A stretch of 64,000 nt of DNA. Origin: Antedon mediterranea (lineage: Eukaryota; Animalia; Echinodermata). Shown here one piece after another: positions 12,234 to 37,866 of this stretch (position 1 is its first letter; every line of letters starts with the position of its first letter). Under the pieces are notes generated by a model. The model did not search any database, was not told the DNA's origin, and saw only the letters and a list, made by a program, of their open reading frames with translations. A program made the position numbers and the translations under genes. The stretch lies in contig NC_092676.1 in assembly GCF_964355755.1 (NCBI RefSeq), forward strand, positions 28,786,871-28,850,870, in the 5' to 3' direction.

Positions 12234-12880
12234 GTTGCCAAAGATGAAAGATATAAATAATAGTTATATTGCACTGTTTACTAGTTTTTAATTTAAATTT
12301 CACAAGGTAGGAACAGTGGAATAGGTTGCTAAAGATATAAATAATAGTTATATTGCACTGTTTACTAGTTTTTAATTTAAATTTCACAAAGTAGGAACAG
12401 ATGAATAGGTTGCCAAAGATATAAATAATAGTTATATTGCACTGTTTACTTGTTTTTAATTTAAATTTCACAAAGTAGGAACAGATGAATAGGTTGCCAA
12501 GGATATAAATAATAGTTATATTGCACTGTTTACTCGTTTTTAATTTAAATTTCACAAAGTAGGAACAGAGGAATAGGTTGCCAAAGATATAAATAATAGT
12601 TATAATGCACTGTTTAATAGATTTTAATTTAAATTTCACAAGGTAGGAACAGAGGAATAGGTTGCCAAAGATATAAATAATAGTTATATTGCACTGTTTA
12701 CTAGTTTTTGATTTAAATTTCACAAAGTAGGAACAGAGGAATAGGTTGCCAAGGATATAAATAATAGTTATATTGCACTGTTTACTAGTTTTTGATTTAA
12801 ATTTCACAAAGTAGGAACAGAGGAATAGGTTCGTAAAGATATAAATAATAGTTGTATTGCACTGTTTACTAGTTTTTAAC
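12213..12880. repeat. 84-bp tandem repeat (~8 copies) starting in the last TEX11 codons
   Basis: Unit aaagtaggaacagaggaataggttgccaaagatataaataatagttatattgcactgtttactagtttttaatttaaatttcac; period 84. Confidence 0.95.
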
Positions 12881-13306
12881 TTACAATAAATACCACCACC
12901 TACCCCACCCTTACCCTAGCACACAAACCACACCCTCCTAAGATCAGGACCATTACAACGTTATGAGTTAGTACCACTTTTATTGTTCAATTAACTATTA
13001 TTCAAAGTGTAATAGATTTAGATGTAATAAAAATAATTATAAATAATATATGTGCTGTATATAATTTTAGTTATATTATACTTAATTGTTATAAATTATG
13101 TAAATTAGCCTATTACCCAGAAAATAATATATTGTGCGGTTAACGTTAATTATTATTTATAGATAGATTATTGATAGATTTAAATCACCTTAATATATAT
13201 ATATATATATTTCAATGATATTGACGATAATATACAGTATAACAATAGTTGCTTTATTTTAATTGATACTTTACTCCTTTCACGATTCTAAAGTCTACCT
13301 GGATCC

Positions 13307-13788
13307 GACCTTTTTGTGAGCACCGTTACTCAGGCCTAGCACTCATTACTACCCATCCACGACCTCTTATAATGTGACCCAAACCTTTTGTGAGCACCGT
13401 TACTCGGGCCTAGCACTCATTACTACCCATCCACGACCTCTTATAATGTGACCCAAACCTTTTTGTGAGCACCGTTACTCGGCCTAGCACTCATTACTAC
13501 CCATCCACGACCTCTAAAGCTTGGTTCCCACTAGAACGTAACGCAAGGACGTAAACGCAACGCAAGCGTTTTAACCAATGACAAGCGAACTTATAGACAG
13601 TTAGCAATCACAAGCGAATAAGCCATCGCTTGTGATTGGTCAATTCATTTGCGTTGCGTTACGTCCTTGCGTTGCGTCGCTAGTGGGAACCACGCTTTAT
13701 AATGTGACCCAAACCTTTTTGTGAGCACCGTTACTCGGGCCTAGCACTCATTACTACCCATCCACGACCTCTTATAATGTGACCCAAA
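13307..13788. repeat. ~75-bp tandem repeat (4 copies) with a MITE in copy 3
   Basis: Unit acctttttgtgagcaccgttactcgggcctagcactcattactacccatccacgacctcttataatgtgacccaa. Confidence 0.9.
13518..13696. mobile_element. Harbinger-like MITE family B
   Basis: TIRs agcttggttcccactag..cgtaacgcaaggacgtaa / ttacgtccttgcgttgcgtcgctagtgggaaccacgct with TAA/TTA flanks. Relatives at 20744-20883, 37204-37304, 61398-61502. Confidence 0.85.
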
Positions 13789-13890
13789 CAAACTTTCATT
13801 CTGTATAATTTATGTGCTTTAAATAAAACGATTTATATTGTGAAAGTTTCTCAAATTGTTGAACAGATTTACATGTACTTCAATTGTTAA

Positions 13891-14206
13891 AGATGTATTG
13901 TCCCCCAAAACATGAAAAATAAATCAGATTTTGAATTGGTTATTTTGTAGTTTTAATAAAGTTAATAACTTCTGTTAAAAAAAAACCAGAAAGTTTTCAC
14001 TTATAAAATGACAAATAAACGGTTAAATTCAACCACAAACCCAATGGCTGGCAGCCAATTTGACTATTTTTTACTTTAAATTATAGTTTTTTCAGTTAAA
14101 TACATTTTTTTCGATCACATTTTTGGTCAAAGTGACAATAAAAAGGCATATTTAACAATTTCTTCAAAGAATTATTTGTCAGGTGAGTGGAGGGGACAAT
14201 ACATCT
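13891..14206. mobile_element. Kolobok-like non-autonomous DNA transposon
   Basis: ttaa|agatgtattgtcccc ... ggggacaatacatct|ttaa: perfect 15-bp TIR, AG terminus, TTAA target duplication. Confidence 0.8.
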
Positions 14207-14220
14207 TTAAATGTTTATAT

Positions 14221-17200
14221 CTATGGTTGTTGTGTGGTAGATTCAACGCCTGCGATCTCTTGATAAACAACTTGTCTGTCGTTGCTGCTAGAGCCTGTTG
14301 GCGGTCGGAAGTTGTTAACTACTCGTAGCGGATATCTAAGGTTGTTAAGGCTACGGAATTGCTCCAACTGTGAAAATGTGTTATTAAAGAAAAAACAAAA
14401 ACAAAATTGACAAAATATTTAAAACTATTGCAACACGCACTAAACCTAAATTACAAACTTGTGATTGGTCAAAAGTACGCTTACGTCATTGCGTTTCGTC
14501 CAATGAGAACCAATCTTTACGCTTCAAAATTACCCACGGTGAGCCTATGTCCAAGCGGAACCAAATAATAATAAAGCATGAAGAAATAAATCATATTTTA
14601 CCTGTTCAACAGAAATCACGATAGGAATCTGAAAAATTGTCCAAACGACTGACTCGTAACAAGGGGGCGTGGTTAAGGAACCGTTATATGTCCAGTAGCT
14701 GCTTTGGTCAAGTAATGGCACAAGTGAAAGCAGGTTTACCTCACTCTCTAGGTCTTTGCTAACATCTATACACAACATAAATGTATTTATTTAATATTGT
14801 ATTGACACATAGGCCTACATCGTTATAATGCCGCGCATGATCATTGCGTCATCATCTTCGTTGTCTTCATAATCAGCATGTCATCATAATCGTCATCATC
14901 AGTAACAAAATCAATGAATAATGTGTAATTTTTTTTTTTAAATCAGGGAAGAGTGAAATTAAGAGAGTAATTTCACTCTTCCCGGTTGAAATACTCATTA
15001 ACAGATCACCGTAAATTGATTGTCTTAATAAATAAAATATAAAATGATCATCAAGTCTTTTAATATATAGTCTATATTTTTTATAACAAATATTGTAAAA
15101 ACTTACCAAACTCTATACCTTTAATTTCTTTCACTATTTGCTCCATGACAGTGTTCTTTTCGCCAAGGCTGATAAAGAAGGCAAACACGGCCAGACCTTG
15201 GTCGCTTTCCATCGCCTCTTCCACACTGTTAAATTCAGATGAGTAGTGGACTATGTGCATCTGGTAAAATATATTTAATTTATAAACCATATAGTCAAAC
15301 TTTGTATTGACTATAATTAAACCGTTAAACAATTTTGTAATGAAGTTTATCCATTCCTAATCAACAAAATTTTGCATATAAAAAAGCATTTGCTCCTGTT
15401 AACACCTTCCTAATAATGTTATAATTATCCAAATTAGCTCCGAATATCATTTCCCCTCCACCCTCCCTTAGTTCACTAATTACAATAATAGTTGCCTTAT
15501 TACCTCTGCTGGGTAGCTAGATTTAGCTATGGTGTGCTCGGAGCCAATATCGTTTGAAGACCCCCAATGGAAGTGAAGCTGCTCGGCTACGTATTCCGAC
15601 GGTAACATTCCCCCCGTTGAACGGTATGTCCCATCGAGCGTTACCTTAACTGAAAAATAAATAAAATATTTACAATAACGGTGCTTTTGGTACTCACTTT
15701 TGACTTAACAGCGCAAGGGCATACGTGTAACGGAGGTAGGCGACAGTCGGAATACTAGAGTAATCCATTCACGTAAATTCACTTGCGTACTCTTACGACG
15801 TCCATGCGTTGCGTCATATTGCCCGTACCCACTGGACGCAAACGAAGGAACGTAAGCGCAACGCAAAATATTTGAGCAATCACGTGCGATATATTATTCG
15901 ATCTGTGGCCTGTCAATTCGCTTGTACTGAGTAACGCTGAGTGGTTATAGAAACTGACTTAAAGTATAGTACCAGATTGATGTTGGTATGCACGATTGCT
16001 CAAGAAAAGTGTTATCACATCTCCACAAGGCAAAACTAATGTCGATGAATTGAATTGAAAAAGTGTGATGTGCCTAAATATAGTAGTGATATGGCCAAGT
16101 ACTTATGGTAGTGATATGACATCATCATGTCCATATCATATTGGCACATCCCATTTGTTCACGTAAAGTTTGATAGTGTAAACAGGGCTTTAAACAAGAA
16201 TCGTTTGTCAATGGTTTAACTAATATAATTAATTCTGAATTACCTGTGTGTCCGTTATATATGATTGACATCGGTCGGATGACGTCCCAGTCATCAGTGC
16301 ATTGGATTGGTGGTAACGGAACGTCAGGTATAACGACTTCTCTTATATCTATCGGTGACTGTTTTGTTTTCCCACAGTCCGGGTATCCAATCTCGCTCCA
16401 ATGTTGAGGCCCTGATAATTTGATATACACACAACTAATTAACACTTTAATGTACCTATGCTTTATTTATTATAAAGCTCTGTCTGTCTACACTATAAAA
16501 CTTTATGTGACAAAAAACATCTGATGTGCGCGCGCATATATGGCATAATGATGTCACATCACTGAATCTCAATTAATGATATTCCAATCAAAGATATTCC
16601 AATCAAAGTGAAGCAGCATACATTTGTGTATAATTAAAAAATGTAAAACCTTAAATCTGAGGTGGGTGAGTTCAAATAGGTACTCTATTATCAACTATCA
16701 ATCATCTTACCTGTTGATCCGAAATAGCTCCAGTCAGGTTCTACTAAAACAAGTGACACATTATTTAAATTGTAAGTTAATAAGAACATAATTAATGTGA
16801 GATTAACAACATAACGAGATAATTTAAACTGCTTTCTATGGTTATTGATAACTAGGGTTACCAGTTTTGTTGTTTAAGTTTTTACATAAATATGATAATC
16901 ACATACAATGGCCAGTTCTGTAAGTTCCGATGTTATTACACCATCAGCTCGATGTAATCTTTAAAGTCGTCTTGTCGGTAGAAAATTATACATGTTTAAG
17001 TTCTCCCGCCGACGACATAAAAACTACGCCTGACGCTATCGCCGGGCCTCGTCGTACGACGCTCTCTCATTTGGCCTTTATATCGTAAATATCAAACAAG
17101 AAATTGATATGACTGCATTTTTTAGTATACTATATTAGGTTGTTAATGACAGTGGATTAGGGAAGGTTGTGTGTATTCATTTCAACTTACCAGAAGAGCT

Positions 17201-17254
17201 TGTACTGCTAACTGTGAAACTCAACAGAACAAGCCCGATAACACGAAGAAACAT
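14221..17254 (-). CDS. Secreted alpha-carbonic anhydrase (7 coding exons)
   Basis: Signal peptide [17 protein letters not shown]; WSY..GPQHW, CG..QSPIDI, YNGHT, QLHFHWG...[32 protein letters not shown]. Exons ~17254-17191, 16745-16711, 16411-16244, 15649-15504, 15261-15106, 14767-14602, 14368-14221. Confidence 0.93.
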
Positions 17255-17899
17255 CTAGAAATAAAACAAAATGAATAATGAGTAATTTTAAATTATTTTA
17301 ACTTGTCGAGAGCAAATAACGCGATATTCTGTTCCCGCCATGGTCCATGTCGATGCATTGTTGGCACCGTATCGATTTAGGGTTGATAACAATATATGAT
17401 ATTGTGAAATAAAAATAATACAGTTTCGATCGATTTTTAGCTATAACATCTGGTGGATAATTTGGATAATCGTCTACTATTATAAAGTATGACTATTAAT
17501 GACACAATCGATTTAAAATGCATAAGTTATGCAAGTTATAATAAGTTATTCTACAATTGCTGAACTAGGCCTGCCTTTATCATGTTATAGCTAAAGTTAG
17601 GTTTATAGAAAGTGCGGAAGAGTCGGTAAAGCTTTTACGAGTTAGCCATTTGCACAGTAACGATACGCGGAAAAACCGCGTAGCTTGTTCCAAGTTGAAT
17701 CTGTATCTATCCTAAGCGGAGAGTGCCTGTCCGTGTGTAAATGGTCATAACAAATAAAATAGTTTCTCTATTTGTATTACCGTTACCGCTCGTGTAAATT
17801 GGCCTTTAGTAACGGACAATTGAAGTCTGCTATACCTCATTGTGCTTAAAGGGTGGCTCCGGGTTTAAAATTCTATTCTGTTTATTTTGCAACAATATC

Positions 17900-18617
17900 C
17901 AAAGACATTTTTTACCAACCTATGCTCTCTGGACAATATACAAATCACTCATTGAACCAGTATTAAATTATTGCAACATAATATGGTGTAGCACATTTCC
18001 AAGTTATTTAGATGAGTTATTTAAACTCCAGAAAAGGGCATTACGAGCTATAACATGGTCAAAGTTTAATGATTCAATGACTGAATGTTTCTATAAATTT
18101 AAACTTCTTAAAATTGCGGATATCAATAAGTACCAAATTGGGCTTTTCATGTATAATGTTACTACTAATCAGGACGTGCGTTTTTCATCGCTCTTTATTA
18201 AAAATGGTTCTTACCATAATTATAATACAAGATCTAAAGACAAAATGAGACTCAGAAAACGTAATCGTACTTCTACTAGTTTTACTGTGTCATGTGTGGG
18301 ACCCAAATTGTGGAATGACTTGAATTACGAACTACAAAGTACCAAATCAATATATATATATTTAAATCATTGTTTAAAGAACATTTATTATCATTTTACA
18401 AATAATTTTAAAAATTATACTTGTTGCAGGATTTAGCTTTTTATTATTTATGTTTTAGTTTTTTAGGCTAGTTAGGGACATAGGGGGACACAACTAATCA
18501 AGCTCTTTTGAGTTTTTATGTGTTTCCTTTTCATCTTTTTTATGTTCTCATATATTGTTGTTGTATATTTTCATGATAGAGGATGAATAAAGAATATTTG
18601 AATTTGAATTTGAATTG
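17900..18617 (+). mobile_element. 5'-truncated non-LTR retrotransposon (CR1/L2-type) 3' end
   Basis: YKSLIEPVLNYCNIIW..LQKRALRAI..HNYNTR..GPKLWNDL is typical of the post-RT region; ends in aataaa plus a (tttgaa)n tail. Confidence 0.8.
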
Positions 18618-19729
18618 CAACATCTTATATTGCTACAGCGTTAAAGCAGAATGAGCTTCGTGAATTAAACTGTATAGATAGACTTTTTTTGTAATTATAA
18701 GATAGGAAATCCACCAAATTTTGGGGGAAGTTATTTAAATCGAAAGAACAATACATTTTAAACACAAAAAGGCGTATGTAAATCATTGAAATCAGTAAAA
18801 TTCTTATCTATAACATGAAAAAATCCTGTAACACCACTTTGCAAAAAGGTAATATTTCACGATACTCGTTCCACTTTACGAAAAATAAGTGTTGTTATTA
18901 TGAATGTCAAACTTTTATATTTTATAACAATATCCGTAACATAGTCGCTCCTCGTTAAACAAAATCAATGTAGATTTGTTTTGTTTTATTATATTTTAGA
19001 ACAAATCAACTTAAATTTAAAGAATATTAAACAAAAATTGAACAATAAAAAGGAAATTCCAACCTTGAATTCAGCAATTTAGATACCATCAACAAATAAG
19101 TGAAGTAGTCGTGGGTTGTTGCGCGTCGTTAAAGTGTTGTATTGAGGAGTAATAGAAGAATAATGTCGTCACATCATCCAATACACGCAGTTTAGTACAT
19201 GTTGTTCGACAGATGTACAGTTTTATTAGGTAATAATAAGTATCATATGTTGTTTATTTTATTGCTTGTTTAAAATTCAAATCATCTGTGAAAATTGTAT
19301 ATGCATTTACAAATGAACTGGCTTGTTTTTAAATAATTTTTTTATATTCGTTTCAAAATCGTTTATTGCTTATATGCTTTACGAAACTTAATTTTCTTTA
19401 CTGTAGTACAGTCTTATTCAAAACGATTAAACGGTTTTTTTTCAAAATCGTTTAATAATAGTGGCTCACTCACCATTTTTTGTACGCTCTTATGCATAAC
19501 ACTTAAAAGCTTTTTTCCAATAGTAATAGCATAATAATTGGAATTAAAAAGTAATATTCTGTGGGCCACAAAATTGAAGATTCTGAGATCTGTTTGGTAC
19601 ATGGACAGACAGACAAACAGACAGACAAACAGAGGTGAGGATAAATATAGAAAACGTATACTTTTATTTGTTTTTTTTATATAATCTACTAGCTGTATGT
19701 GAATATATAATATACATGTCTTAAATACA

Positions 19730-22700
19730 TTATTTTAATATTAATGAATCATCTGCAAGGTTTTGCAAACATTCTGCTAGATATTGATACTCGGACATCT
19801 GGTTGTAAATGTGGCATGATATCCTGACATAAAGCACGCCATCAATGCTTTTAACTGGTACCTGTGGAGTAAACAAAAATAAAATGTAAGGTATATTTTT
19901 TAAACATTGAAAACAATTAATTTGGATCCAAATTTACTTTCTTTTAAAAAATAATTTTTTTAGGTTAAGATAGATGTTTAAAATAAAGTTTATTTAGTAG
20001 TTTTCCCCAAGAGGTGTGTTTTACTCAAAAGAATCCTCAACACCATTTCGCCCCCCCACCCCACCCCCACCCCCATTAAATATAAAATTATACATTTACC
20101 TCTATGCAAAATCTACTGTACAATTCCTTCTGTATCTGTTCCGCTAGGTCATAGTTCACTTCCAGTTTGCTACAAAGGCTTCTGGGAAGACGAACTAATG
20201 CCATAGTTCCTGATCAATAAATATAAAAAAAAAAAAAATTCATATTACAGTAATTTCACAAAGAAAAAAAATGTATTGTTTATAAGTTGTATCGATAAAC
20301 TCACCAAACATATCCTTAGGAGCGGCTAGACTTGTCCCTAACTTCTCTACGAGCATATTAGCTGAAAATAACAATATTAAACAACACAAAATCAGGAAAC
20401 TATAACGTAATACAATACATAAGATGGTAAATGAGGGTGTGGTGGGTTTTATTGGTAGAATTGATTGTACCTGCTTGATCTGTTAAGTCATACATATATT
20501 GTCTCATCCTCTGCACCCCAACTGTCTCCCAGAAATCAATTATCTTTGGTAGAACCAAGAATGAACTATAATCCTTCAAACCTGTTAAAATTGAATCATA
20601 TATTACTATTTAATTTCCATTTATTTTTCAGAACTGCTTACCATCATGTTTACCAAAAGTGATGCCTTTGGTGCAAGCTAAGTAAGAACTTAAGTACCTG
20701 ACAGACAGTAAACATGTTGCAATGTGCACAAGGTGCAAGCTAAAGCTTGGTTCCCACTAGGACGCAATGCAAGCGAGTTGACCAATGACAAGCGACAGTT
20801 TGAATAATCCATCGCTTCTGATTGGTCAACTCACTTACATTGCGTTACGTCCTTGTGTTGCGTCTCTAGTGGGAACCAAGCATTAGTAATAATTACCTGA
20901 CCACATGAACTCTGAATTGAAACCACTTCCAAATCCATGTGATATGATGAGTGGCCTGACCGAGGATTGCAGCCTTTTGCTTACATACAAATAAGCCGTT
21001 CCTTTAGGAGCACAGAACCACTTGTGAGCGTTGCTGGCATAGTAGTCTGCATCAAGCTCACGAAGGTTTACTGGTAGAGCTCCGAGAGAATGAGCGCCAT
21101 CAACGTACACTGGGATTGACCTTAAGACGCGTATGTATCATAAGTAAAAAGATAAGCTGTTATATAAAAATTATATAACCAAAATAATTAAACCACTGTC
21201 CCATCAAGCTTTTCTTTTGTGACCACTGTACCTATGACCTATGCATTGATGTGTCTTTGGTTATGAACTTTCCTGCATGCACACAAATGAATTGACATGA
21301 CACAACTTGACCCAGGTCACAAGTCAAATGTTCCCTATTATCAATTCTTGATTCCTTGTATTAAATATATTAATCAAGTTAACTTTATGACCTCTTACCT
21401 GTTGTGGCAGAGATCTATTAATTCTTTGATAGGCATTATGAATGGTGCATTGCTGGGAACATGATCAAATACAGCTATCTTTGTACCAGACCTGAAAATT
21501 ACAATAATAGAAACATGTCAAAGGTCATATAAATTAGTATGCACAAACATCAGGGAAATATAATGTCAAAGGTCATATAATAGGTGTACAATAATAGTAA
21601 TAGCATAAGAAAAAAGTGAAAGGAGTAAATAAATGCAACACATCTTACTTGATTGTGGATTTTACTTTCTCAATAATCTGTTGTGCACCCTCTACTGGTA
21701 AAGAGATAGCCTCCTCTTGTATTATAGCACCAGTTTCCGCAGCAATGTGTTTTAGAAGTTTTTTAACAGCACCTAAAAACCAACCACTGAATACTGTAGT
21801 ACATACGCATAGTGTAAACAAATATAGACACATAGTATTAGAGAAAACCTGTCTTACCATAAGTTACATTCAAACAATAGATAACATCCCCAGGATTGAA
21901 TTTAATGCCCCGTAGAACGCTGTTAGTTGCCGTAGTAACATTTGTCACCAAGAGGAGGTCAGTTGGGTCACATCCTGGGAAAAATGAAAAAAGCAACAGA
22001 AATGTTATTGTAAATTGTATCCTTTTATATTACCCCACTCTTCCTGTAAAAGTACTGAACTAAACCTATAATGTGTTCTAGGTCAGGCTTACTGGGGATC
22101 TATGACAATGACTAGACAGGGAGGTTAATGTTATACCTTTCTGGACTAGCTATGGCAAGAAAAATAAACTATAGAGGCTAAGTCTTTCAAATTGAAATAC
22201 TTAAAAAAAATTTTCTCATCAAATTTAAGGAAGTCATAAATTAAGAATACTCTACCAACAAACTTAGCTAGACGTCTTGTAGCGTATACAAGGTGAGGGA
22301 ACACTTCTTTGTCTAAGAAACGCAAAGGTTGCCTTTCAATGTATTTCTGCCACTTATGAGCCAAGTCAAGTATATCACCGAGTACCGCTCCAAATGCACC
22401 ATGGTTCAGAAACGTACATTCCTGCAAAATACATAAGTGGAAATATTAACCAACAACAAATTTGTTTATCTTTTATAGCCCTGTAAATAGAATAAGTTAA
22501 TCTCCTCAAGGGTGTTAAATGTTATTTTATCTTTTGTGGCACTTTGATGGGAGTATGCTGCGATTTGTGTGTGTGTTGATCTGCCAGTCAGGTGCTCAGG
22601 ATAATACTATTGGAATTGTTACATACTTCTTCTAATAAAAAGTGTCTTTTCTTAGCTTCATTGCCAAATACAACAGATTTACTGCTTATAATATCTGGAA

Positions 22701-23275
22701 GATCAACTGGAATTTCTGGAGGTGTATATTCTTCCTGAAAAGAAAAAAAAAGAAAGTTTTTGATATCAAAATATATGAAAGTGATAATGATCATGATGAT
22801 TGCAGTAGCAGGACATTACATTACCTCTGGTACTTGGAGAAGTTCTTGAACATTTGATGATTGAAAAGATCCAAAATCTCTCTTGTTTACAGCTGATGCA
22901 AGGAGGGCAAAAACAAGAAGCAAATTATAATTTCACACAAAATTGTCATGATTCATAATATTATAACACTTCACTGACACTGACTACATTTACAAGAAAA
23001 GTTATTATTATTTCTGATTGGGATTGATCAACATTATCCTTTTTAAAATTGTTTAAATGTTTTAATACAGTACGTATAGCTTTAGTCCATTAGTAGGCCC
23101 TGACCTGATTGGGGACTAATTAGTAACCATCATCCAGCAGGTACACATAGGGGCCTATAGCCAAGGAGGCCTAGGCCTAGTCCTGATCCTACCTAGCTAG
23201 GCTAATTCAAAAAAAAAAAAAATTAAGGCCTGGCCTAAATCATAATTTACATTTTGTGTTACTTTCCATATTCAT
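19730..23275 (-). CDS. PLP-dependent class-V aminotransferase-fold C-S lyase (hercynylcysteine sulfoxide lyase Egt2 / L-cysteine desulfhydrase / isopenicillin-N-epimerase-like)
   Basis: Spliced motifs TFLNHGAFGA, QKYIERQPLRFL, LVTNVTTATN, TYGAVKK, AVFDHVPSN, VYVDGAHSLG, YYASNAHKWFCAPKGTAYL (PLP Lys), PLIISHGFGSGFNSEFMWSGLKDYS, YVRISCHIYN. The start in a micro-exon at 23275 is less certain. Confidence 0.88.
20744..20883. mobile_element. MITE family B
   Basis: agcttggttcccactag ... ctagtgggaaccaagc TIRs. Confidence 0.8.
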
Positions 23276-23680
23276 TTTGAGGACTAGATAAGAAAATTAA
23301 AAATGAATATGCATCAATAATTATTATTTGTAATATCAAGACTTCTATTGTTTAAAAAAAAACAGTAAGCCTATTGTTATTGTATTCTCTGTCTGTTTTG
23401 CGGTCGTGTGGTGTAAACATGTTTTTCCAAACAATGCTTTCAACAGTAATTTGCGTTTATAAGTAAAAATTCCCAACAAAAATGATTGTTCAATATTTGA
23501 CACCACAGGTGTACTCGTTCTCTTATATCAAAGTTGACGCAATAAATCTTAATTCAACGCGTTAAGTTATCGAAAGCAGAAGAAAAATAGCGGGCGCCTT
23601 TGCATGTTTAGAAAAAAAATTCATTGGAAGAGGTAGGCTTGCAAACTTTGCAGGTTTGAATGTAAAAAATATTAATCAAG
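23276..23680. promoter_or_regulatory. Probable bidirectional promoter between the lyase gene and DDB1
   Basis: Divergent start codons ~400 bp apart; local CpG-containing patch (gcgggcgcc, acgcgt). Confidence 0.55.
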
Positions 23681-36843
<13,163 letters not shown>

Positions 36844-37866
36844 TTAACACGCTAGTTACCATAGTTACCATAGTTGTAAATAATAACAAATTAATACGCT
36901 TGTAGTTTTACCTAACTATGTTTGTAAATGAACACTTTTGACTGTTAAAAACACAAATTGCATCAAATACTAAATTAAAGATTATGTCCTAAGATGTGAT
37001 TGTCTCATAGATATCCTTAATATATGATCGTATGTACATGAATCCTATACTACATGTGAATGGTAAAGAATAGCATTTTCTGTTTTTAAGAATTGATTAT
37101 TTTTCTATTAATTTGCCTAAAATCTTGATTGCAAGTTCATATACTATTTCAGCAACTAAATATGAATGTATAATACTACAGCAATGCATTAAGTACGAAC
37201 TTAAGCGTGGTTGCCACTAGAGACGCAACGCAAGGACGTAGAAGCAACAAGGACAAGCGACCGTTCAAATAATCCATCGATTGTCATTGGTGGGAACCAC
37301 GCTTAAAGGCTAAGTACAATACTACAACAATGCATGAAGTACATACTAAAGGCTTTACTTGAGGTGCTATAGCTTCAGAAACATTTAGCAAGTTTGTAGT
37401 TTATACTAGATAAACTGTTTAAAATAATGTTCGGTTTCACTACAAATCAAATTGACGATTGTTGCAGTAATACTGTATATCTAAATATATAACAATTTGT
37501 AACCAATGTTTGGATATTATATACCGTATGAGAAATCACAATATCTTTTTTTTAAATTGTTTTCATTGCATTTGTAGCTAACTTTATATATTTTGTAAAG
37601 GAAATAAACGTTTCGGTGTTCTGTTATACATTATATCACTCTCAACAAATTGCCAAATAAACACTTTTTGGGAGTTGTCGATTTGCGATGATTGACGATC
37701 AAACATAATTTCAATGTGCTCAATTGTACACTCAGTTCTGATATAATTCAATAACAAATTGATGTATTCAAATTAGCTGATTTCCTGTCAAATTAATATA
37801 AAGTATGTGTCATTTTTTAATACATTGTTCAATTAAATTTAATTTGTAGAATATATTGAAGCATAT

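Noticed and set aside
12145-12807. 220-aa repetitive minus-strand ORF
   Set aside because: Translation of the 84-bp tandem repeat antisense to the TEX11 3' end.
17840-18436. 198-aa ORF as a host gene
   Set aside because: It is the C-terminal remnant of a LINE ORF2 without the RT core.
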